The translations under genes were made by a program, and so were the position numbers. A DNA stretch of 64,000 nucleotides from an uncultured delta proteobacterium (GTDB taxonomy: Bacteria; Myxococcota_A; Polyangia; Palsa-1104): assembly GCA_963785725.1 (NCBI GenBank), contig CAWAWS010000020.1, positions 64,001 to 128,000 on the forward strand, written 5' to 3'. Positions 57,656 to 64,000 of the stretch are shown piece by piece (position 1 is the first letter of the stretch; the number at the start of each line of letters is the position of its first letter). Below the pieces are notes generated by a model. That model had not been told where the DNA came from. It searched no databases and was given only the letters and a program-made list of their open reading frames with translations.

Positions 57656-57859
57656 CTACGGCGAATGACGCGCGACGACGGCGGCGACGCGCGGGTCGCG
57701 GATGGCGAGCACGTCGAAGAGGCCGAGCGCCAGCAGCGTCGGCACGAGCTCGCCGAGGTGCGCTTCGGCCTCGGCACGCGCCGCCGGCGTAGCGGCGTCG
57801 TCGACGATGACGCGCGCGTTCGCCAAGAACTCGATCGGCTGGAGCTGGCCGTCGATCGT
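57656..57859 (-). pseudogene. Probable C-terminal gene relic of unknown family
   Basis: Strong GC3 codon usage over IDGQLQPIEFLANARV..LLALGLFDVLAIRDP; nearest upstream in-frame ATG overlaps the opposite-strand M16 start. Confidence 0.45.
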
Positions 57860-57923
57860 TGATGGCGGCTGATTGATCCGCCGCCGCGCTTGCCGCCGCC
57901 GCGCGCAGCGACGATGATACGGC

Positions 57924-59330
57924 ATGCACCTCCGCCTCATCTTGCCGCTCGTCGTCGCCACGGCCGCTTGCGCGCACACGACCGCCGCGCCCACAGCCGC
58001 GCCGGCCGCCGTCGCGACGCCGCCGACCGACGGCAAGCCGGTCATCGCCGGGCTGCACTTCGCCATCCAATCCTTCACGCTCGACAACGGCCTGCGCGTC
58101 GTGCTCGTGCCCGATCACGCGACGCCGACGGTGGCGCTGGGCGTCTACTACGACATCGGCTTTCGCGTCGAGCCGCGCGATCGCACCGGCTTCGCGCACC
58201 TCTTCGAGCACATGATGTTCCAAGGCTCGCCCAACCTCGGCAAGCTGGAGCTGGCCGGGCTCGTCTCGTCCAACGGCGGCGCCTTGAACGGCACGACGCG
58301 CTTCGACTTCACCAGCTACTTCGAGGTCATTCCCGCCAACACGCTGGAGACGATCTTGTGGGCCGAGGCCGATCGCATGCGCGGGCTCGTGGTCGACCAA
58401 GCGAGCCTCGACAAGCAGAAGAGCATCGTCACCAACGAGGTGCGGCTCAACGTGCTCAACAAGCCCTATGGCGGCTGGCCGTGGCTCATCGTGCCGCAGC
58501 AGGCGAACCAGAACTGGTACAACGCGCATAACTTCTACGGCGACGGCAAGGACATCGAGCGCGCCACCTTGGCCGAGGTGCAGCAGTTCTTCCGCCACTA
58601 TTACGTGCCCAACAACGCGGCGCTGGTGATCGTCGGCGACTTCAATCCGGCGATCGTGCAGGGCTGGGTGCGCATCTTCTTCGGCAGCGTGTCGCGCGGC
58701 GCGCCGGTGGCGCGGCCCGACTTGAGCGAGCCGCGCCAGGAGCAGCCGATCGTCGCCGCCCGCGTCGACAAGCTGGCCAAGCGGCCGGCGCTGGCCGTCG
58801 CCTATCACCTGCCGCCGCGTAACTCGCCGGCGTTCTATGCGTTCGCGCTCATCGATCAAATCCTGCGGCAGGGGCATGACAGCGCGCTCTATCGCTCGCT
58901 CGTGCGCGACAAAGGTCTGACGGCGCAGATCGACGGCGGCATCAACTTGCTCGGCAACCAGTTCGACTACTTCGGCCCGATGCTGTGGATCGTCAGCGCC
59001 TTTTACGACAGCGACCGCCAGCCCGACAAGCTCGTCACGGCCATCGAGGCGGCGATCGCGCCCTTGCGCGATCAGCCGGTGAGCGCGGCGACGCTGGCGC
59101 GCGCGCGCATCAAGATGCGCTCGTATTTGTATGGGCTCGTCGAGGAGAACCAGCGCATCAGCCTGCTGAGCATGCTGGCGGCCTCCGCGCTCTTCGACGA
59201 CGACGCCGAGGCGATCAATCGGCTGGAAGGCGAGCTCATGAAGGTGACGCCGGAGCTGATCCAATTTACGGCGCGCGAATATCTGCGGCCGACCAATCGC
59301 ACGGTGTCGAAGCTCGACGTGCTCAAGTGA
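57924..59330 (+). CDS. M16 peptidase, catalytic subunit
   Basis: TLDNGLRV, GFAHLFEHMMF, NGTT, EADRM, YYVPNNA. Confidence 0.95.
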   Translation: MHLRLILPLVVATAACAHTTAAPTAAPAAVATPPTDGKPVIAGLHFAIQSFTLDNGLRVVLVPDHATPTVALGVYYDIGFRVEPRDRTGFAHLFEHMMFQGSPNLGKLELAGLVSSNGGALNGTTRFDFTSYFEVIPANTLETILWAEADRMRGLVVDQASLDKQKSIVTNEVRLNVLNKPYGGWPWLIVPQQANQNWYNAHNFYGDGKDIERATLAEVQQFFRHYYVPNNAALVIVGDFNPAIVQGWVRIFFGSVSRGAPVARPDLSEPRQEQPIVAARVDKLAKRPALAVAYHLPPRNSPAFYAFALIDQILRQGHDSALYRSLVRDKGLTAQIDGGINLLGNQFDYFGPMLWIVSAFYDSDRQPDKLVTAIEAAIAPLRDQPVSAATLARARIKMRSYLYGLVEENQRISLLSMLAASALFDDDAEAINRLEGELMKVTPELIQFTAREYLRPTNRTVSKLDVLK

Positions 59331-60724
59331 ACGCTTACGCTCGCTACGGTTTGGCGCTGGCCGTCGTCGCGACGGCGATGTCGGCGCGCGCCGACGTGCC
59401 GCCGCAGCCGGGGCCGTTCGTGCCCTTCAAGGTGCCGGCGCGGCACGACTGGACGCTGGCCAACGGCGGCCAGGTGACGCTGGTGCCGTTCGGCGCCGTC
59501 GCCAAAGCGTGCGTGACGTGGGTCGTGCGCGCCGGCAACGTGCACGAGACGGCGACGCAGACGTGGCTGGCGGACACCACCGGCGAGATGCTGCGCGAAG
59601 GCACGCGCAAGAAGACCGCGGCGCAGCTCGCCGACGCCGCGGCCGACTTGGGCGGCGACCTGCGCATCGACGTGCGCCCGGACGCGACGACGGTGACGCT
59701 GGAGGTGTTGGCGGAGATGGCGCCGCGCGCGCTGGCGCTCGTCGGCGACGTGGTGACGAATCCGCTGTTGCCGGCGGAGCGGCTGCCCTATGTCATCGCC
59801 GGCCTCGTGCGGCAGGTGGCGATCGATCGCACGCAGCCGGCGACCTTGGCGCGCGAGCAGCTCGAAGGCGTGCTCTATCCCGGCAACGGCTACGGCCGCG
59901 CGTTGCCGACGGAGGCGATGCTGCGCGGCTACTCGCTCGACGACGTGCGCACGTTCTACACGCGCAACTTCGGCGCGGCGCGCTCGCACGTCTATGTCGT
60001 CGGTCAGTTCGACGCGGCCGCGGTCGAGAAGGCGGCGCGCCAGACGCTCGGCGCCTGGGCGCGCGGTCCCGAGCCGACGCCGCCGCCGACGCTGGCCGCG
60101 GCCACGCCGCAGCTGCGCGTCGTCGATCGGCCGGGCGCCGTGCAGTCGACGCTCGCCGTCGGCCTGGCGATGCCGCCGCCGCAGAGCGCCGACTTCATGG
60201 CGCTCGTCGTGACCGACGTCCTCCTCGGCGGCGGCCACATCTTCGGCGGCCGCATCAGCAGCAACCTGCGCGACGACAAAGGCTACAGCTATTCCGCCGA
60301 CAGCAGCCTCGAAGCGCGCGACCACGCGGCCACGTGGCGCGCGACGGCCGACGTCGCCACGCCCGTCACCGGCGCGTCGTTGAGCGAAATTTTCAAGGAG
60401 GTGGCGCGGCTGCAGGCGGTGGCGCCGAGCGCGCAGGAGCTGCGCGTCGTGCAGCGGTTCATGGCGGGCGCGTTCGTGCTCGGCAACTCGTCGCGCGCCG
60501 GGATTTTGCAGCAGCTGCGCTTCGTCGACGAGCAGCAGCTCGGTGACGATTGGCTGCGCGACTACGTGCCGCGGGTGATGGCGCTCGAGCCGGCCGACAT
60601 CCAACGCATGGCGCAGCACTATCTCGACGTGAAGAAGCTGTCGATCGTCGTCGTCGGCGATCGCAAGCTCGTCGACAAGCAGCTCGCGCCCTGGCGCAAG
60701 GCGCTGACGCCGCACAAGCGCTGA
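59327..60724 (+). CDS. M16 peptidase, non-catalytic subunit
   Basis: GTGA overlap; no HxxEH; DRPGAVQS, LGGG..RISSNLRDDKGYSY. Confidence 0.92.
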   Translation: MNAYARYGLALAVVATAMSARADVPPQPGPFVPFKVPARHDWTLANGGQVTLVPFGAVAKACVTWVVRAGNVHETATQTWLADTTGEMLREGTRKKTAAQLADAAADLGGDLRIDVRPDATTVTLEVLAEMAPRALALVGDVVTNPLLPAERLPYVIAGLVRQVAIDRTQPATLAREQLEGVLYPGNGYGRALPTEAMLRGYSLDDVRTFYTRNFGAARSHVYVVGQFDAAAVEKAARQTLGAWARGPEPTPPPTLAAATPQLRVVDRPGAVQSTLAVGLAMPPPQSADFMALVVTDVLLGGGHIFGGRISSNLRDDKGYSYSADSSLEARDHAATWRATADVATPVTGASLSEIFKEVARLQAVAPSAQELRVVQRFMAGAFVLGNSSRAGILQQLRFVDEQQLGDDWLRDYVPRVMALEPADIQRMAQHYLDVKKLSIVVVGDRKLVDKQLAPWRKALTPHKR

Positions 60725-60750
60725 GCGGCGCGGCGGTCGCGAAATCAACC

Positions 60751-61476
60751 TTAGGGCGCACGCGCGCCGCTCGGCCGGCGCCCGATGTGGAACACGAACC
60801 AGTGATCGACGAGCGTGGAGACGGGACGGCCGGAGTTGTCGCGCGCGGGCAGGAAGCGGCAGCGCGTCTTGACCGCCGCCAGCGCCGTCTCGTCGAGGCC
60901 GAAGCCGGCGCGGTGCGTGACTTTGGCCTGCAGCACCTGGCCGCGCTCGTCGAGCGAGAGGATCAGGCGCACGACGCCTTCGCGGTGCGAGCGCATGGCG
61001 CCGTCGGGGTAGTCGAGCGTGTCGGTGCAGCTGCCGGGCACGAGCGTGGCCGGGTAGCCGACGCGGTCGCCGTCGCCGTCGAGGCGTCCGTCGCCGACGT
61101 CTTCGACGCCGGTGCCTTCAGTGCCGTCGCCGCTGGCCGCGTCGTCGGCCGCCGCCTCGTCCGCGGCCGTCGGCTCGTCAGCGGGCGCGATCGGCGGTGC
61201 GACGACGGGCGCGACGCGCGGCAGCCGGCGCGCATGCCGCGTCGGCGGCGGGATCGGCGCCGGCGGCGGGCCGGCGGCGTGCGCGTCGCTGGCCGAGCCC
61301 GGCGCGCCGGCGGCCGCACCGACGGTGAACGTCGTCAGCCCCGAGCCGCCGTAACGATGGGTCGGACCGCGGAAGAGCACGAGCGCCAACAGCCCATGCG
61401 CCAACAGCGACAGCCCTAGCGTCACACGCGTCGAAGGCGACCGCTTTCCGAAGGACGCGAGCCGCAGCCGTCCCAT
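60751..61476 (-). CDS. TonB C-terminal domain protein
   Basis: TM SLLAH; Pro-rich linker; YP..A..EGVV.L..DERG..GLDETAL..RFLPA..G.PV. Confidence 0.88.
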   Translation of the reverse strand: MGRLRLASFGKRSPSTRVTLGLSLLAHGLLALVLFRGPTHRYGGSGLTTFTVGAAAGAPGSASDAHAAGPPPAPIPPPTRHARRLPRVAPVVAPPIAPADEPTAADEAAADDAASGDGTEGTGVEDVGDGRLDGDGDRVGYPATLVPGSCTDTLDYPDGAMRSHREGVVRLILSLDERGQVLQAKVTHRAGFGLDETALAAVKTRCRFLPARDNSGRPVSTLVDHWFVFHIGRRPSGARAP

Positions 61477-61556
61477 GAGCGCGATCGTATTCCCGCGCGC
61501 CATGACTGCAATCGCCAAACGACGCGGTTACGAAAGCGGCCGACGCAGCATCGCGC

Positions 61557-61733
61557 TCAGGGATTGACGAGCTTGTTCGCCAGGGTTTGGCCGAGCGTCA
61601 TCGCGTTCGCGTGGCGCTCGAGCGGGTCGACCACCGCCGCTTGACCGGTGAACACGATGAACGTGACGCCGCTGTCGGCGCCGCCGGTGTTCGGGTCGTC
61701 GTCGATGCCGAGGCTCTTGGCCATCGCGTAGGA
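61557..61733 (-). pseudogene. C-terminal relic of a GH75 chitosanase
   Basis: SYAMAKSLGIDDDPNTGGADSGVTFIVFTG..PLERHANAMTLGQTLA; upstream catalytic region missing. Confidence 0.7.
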
Positions 61734-61758
61734 GCGTATCAGCGACGCGTGGACGACA

Positions 61759-62406
61759 TCAGCAGCTGACGCCGCAGACCTTGCTGCCGTCGGCGCAGGT
61801 CGTCGGCGTGCAGCCGGTCATCGTGCATGAGTCGCTCGTGTTGCAGCGCAGGCGGCAATGCGCGCCGGTGTGGCAGGTCATGGTGCACGTCGTGACCGAG
61901 TCGCAGCTGACGTCGCAGTTGGCGTTGTTGGCGCAATCGAGGACGGCGTTGGTGGCCGATTGCGCGCTGATGTTGCAGCTGCTGCCGCCGGCGCACGAGG
62001 CGTTGCAGGTCGTGGCGCTGTTGCAGGCCAGCTGGCACGAGCAGCTCTTGCCGCACGACTGCGAGCACGTCGACGTCGAGCCGCACGAGTCGACGCAGCA
62101 GGGCGAGCACATCGAGCCGCAGCCATCGAGGCAGACCACGCCGGCGAGATCGGGCGGCGCCGTCGACATCAGCGCCAAATCGGCGACGGCGGGCGGCGCC
62201 AGGTCATGCGCCGGCGTCGTCATCGACAAGTCGAGGATGGGCTGCTGCGGCGGCGTCAGCGGCGCCGGATCGGGGAACGGCGCCGACGGGCCGGTCGTGA
62301 AATCGGGCGCCGCCACGCCGGCGTCGCGATCGCCGCTGACCGAGAACGTGCAGCCGGCGAGCGTAACGACGAACACGCACGCGAACATGAAAATGCGGCC
62401 AAACAA
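61759..62406 (-). CDS. Cys-rich lipoprotein with 10-residue Cys repeats
   Basis: Lipobox LAGC; DLA/DLS linker; C-x3-C-x5 periodicity. Confidence 0.85.
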   Translation of the reverse strand: MFGRIFMFACVFVVTLAGCTFSVSGDRDAGVAAPDFTTGPSAPFPDPAPLTPPQQPILDLSMTTPAHDLAPPAVADLALMSTAPPDLAGVVCLDGCGSMCSPCCVDSCGSTSTCSQSCGKSCSCQLACNSATTCNASCAGGSSCNISAQSATNAVLDCANNANCDVSCDSVTTCTMTCHTGAHCRLRCNTSDSCTMTGCTPTTCADGSKVCGVSC

Positions 62407-62661
62407 GCCGCTACTCTAGTCACTGATGGTTTTTTGTCGACCCCATAAATTCTGTCAACTAGCCGTTGTCATTGGTTTTACGGCCGAACATGAAACGATG
62501 GTGCGCGCGCTGACGCCACGCCTGCCGGCCGTGCGCGCGATCACGGCTGCGCGACCGCTCGTCGACGTGCCGCGCGGCGCAACATCGCGAGCTGCCGTCG
62601 CGGTGGCGGCGCGCCGGAGTTTCAGCCCAAAACGCGGCCGATGCGTTAGAGTCCCGCGCAC

Positions 62662-63024
62662 ATGGCAAAGGCAACCGGGGAAGCGATCGTGCGTCTAGCT
62701 TCGTTGATGAAAATGGTTGGGCTCCTCGCGCTGTTGACCCTGTCGATGAGCGGCTGCAAGCAGGGCCAGGGCGACCGCTGTCAGCTGCGGACCGACTGCG
62801 CGTCCGGCCTCGTCTGCGTGCTGCCGGCGAACGGCACCTGCGTCGGCGGCGGCGTCTGCGAGCCGCCGGTCATGACGATCACCCGCTGCGTCACCAGCGC
62901 CGACTGCACGGCCGGCTACACCTGCCAAGCGTCGACCGACTGCACCGAAGCCGGCGCCTTGGTCTGCACGCCCAACGCCGACATGACCGTCCCCGACGAC
63001 CTCGTCACCAGCCCAACCGACTAA
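62662..63024 (+). CDS. Small Cys-rich lipoprotein
   Basis: Lipobox MSGC; two C-x5-C-x2-G-x2-C units. Confidence 0.8.
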   Translation: MAKATGEAIVRLASLMKMVGLLALLTLSMSGCKQGQGDRCQLRTDCASGLVCVLPANGTCVGGGVCEPPVMTITRCVTSADCTAGYTCQASTDCTEAGALVCTPNADMTVPDDLVTSPTD

Positions 63025-63142
63025 AACCGTCGTGAGCGGTCCAATCGCCGCGTTGTCGCTGCGGTGCGCTGCTCACGGGCTCAGAGCCCGCTCCGCTGCG
63101 CTCCTCGCTCCGCCTTGCGCTTGGAGCGCTCGCGACGGTTTT
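63023..63142. mobile_element. MITE/REP-like palindromic element, 120 bp
   Basis: 22-bp terminal inverted repeats with 20/22 match (AAAACCGTCGTGAGCGGTCCAA / TTGGAGCGCTCGCGACGGTTTT); inner hairpin CGGGCTC-A-GAGCCCG. Confidence 0.6.
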
Positions 63143-63147
63143 CTCGA

Positions 63148-63999
63148 TTAGCGACTTTCTTTCGCGTGGCGCGTGCAGTCGCAGGTCTCGTTGGAGGCTT
63201 GCATCCACGCCGGCATTGTCGTCGTCTCAGCACGCGCTTCGCCGGGCTGCTCCGACAGTCGCTGCACGTGATGCAAGACGCGCAAATGAATCGCGTGCAA
63301 GAGGCGATCGCTCCACCACTTCCAATAAGCGGTCGGAAATACGTTCAGTTGGTACCACGTGGTACCCTTAAGAGTCGTCGTGCCGTCGGCGTTGGGCGTG
63401 ATGAGGAATTGGCCCTGCGTGACGCCGATATATTCGTCGAGGTGCGCCGGCTGCGACTGTACGCCGAAGGTCAGCTCGTGCGGCTCGTCCCAGATCTCGA
63501 TGGGCTCGACGAAGGTGCCGTTGGTGAACACGCAGCGGCGGGTGGCGCCCGGATCGTGGCCGTCGATGCGCGCTTCCAGCGGCATGGCGACGATGGCGAA
63601 GATAGCCTCCGGCGGCGCGTCGATGGGCGGAAAGGACACGACGTTGTGCCACACGACCGCCGGCGGCGCGTGCACGATGACCGTCGAGACGACGGCGAGC
63701 GGCGCCGGACGCAGCGGCCGAACGAGGTCGACGCCGACGAGGCCGGGCAAGAGCAGCAACAAGAGCGGCGACAGGCGCGCCATGCTCGAGCGCGCGCTTT
63801 GCCAGCCGATGAACGCGCCGAGCGCGGCCATCGCGAACAGCAGCGGCGCGGCCATGATGACGCAGGCGACGCCTTCGAAGGCGACGGCGACGACGGCCAT
63901 GAGCGAAATGGCGATGACCGAGATGCCGTACCAAACCGCTTGGCGCTTCGTGAACAGCGGGCGGCCGTAGGCGCAGCAAAAGGCCGTGAAGAAGCCCAT
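63148..63999 (-). CDS. Membrane protein with SRPBCC domain (5' end outside window)
   Basis: FEGVACVIMAAP TMs; VHAPPAVVW..RRCVF..EPIEIWD..GTTWY..IHLRVLHH. Confidence 0.85.
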   Translation of the reverse strand: MGFFTAFCCAYGRPLFTKRQAVWYGISVIAISLMAVVAVAFEGVACVIMAAPLLFAMAALGAFIGWQSARSSMARLSPLLLLLLPGLVGVDLVRPLRPAPLAVVSTVIVHAPPAVVWHNVVSFPPIDAPPEAIFAIVAMPLEARIDGHDPGATRRCVFTNGTFVEPIEIWDEPHELTFGVQSQPAHLDEYIGVTQGQFLITPNADGTTTLKGTTWYQLNVFPTAYWKWWSDRLLHAIHLRVLHHVQRLSEQPGEARAETTTMPAWMQASNETCDCTRHAKESR

Positions 64000-64000
64000 C

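Noticed and set aside
1..64000. rRNA, tRNA, transposase, integrase, phage or defence genes
   Set aside because: No recognisable signatures by eye; small ncRNAs cannot be excluded without covariance-model searches

Overview
GC-rich bacterial DNA; the gene repertoire (Hanks kinases, TPR/PEGA proteins, many Cys-rich lipoproteins) points to a myxobacterium (Myxococcota, Polyangia-like), which is an inference. The window holds about 55 credible genes, mainly envelope, secreted and signalling functions. These include two Ser/Thr kinases, three TPR membrane proteins, about 10 lipoproteins, a DsbD operon with a two-component system, a CreBC/ChvGI-like system with DUF2339, a beta-propeller/di-heme protein, a DUF2844-DUF3443 pair, a GH47 mannosidase, two GT-C glycosyltransferases, M16/M48/S1 peptidases, a serine hydrolase, and TetR/LysR redox cassettes. 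I saw no rRNA, tRNA, CRISPR array or transposase. The best candidate for an undescribed system is a recurring kinase / TPR membrane protein / Cys-rich lipoprotein module. Both kinases end in a DPF motif, two TPR proteins share a hydrophobic hairpin plus terminal beta-strand, and the partner lipoproteins share an N-terminal Cys module. Unrelated lipoproteins also carry repeated D-[LM]-[AST] linker motifs. Other observations: an Sm/Hfq-like small protein, many apparently leaderless genes, two frameshifted genes, and several gene relics (S41, M1, FGE, GH75). All family calls come from motif recognition by eye; no database searches were run.
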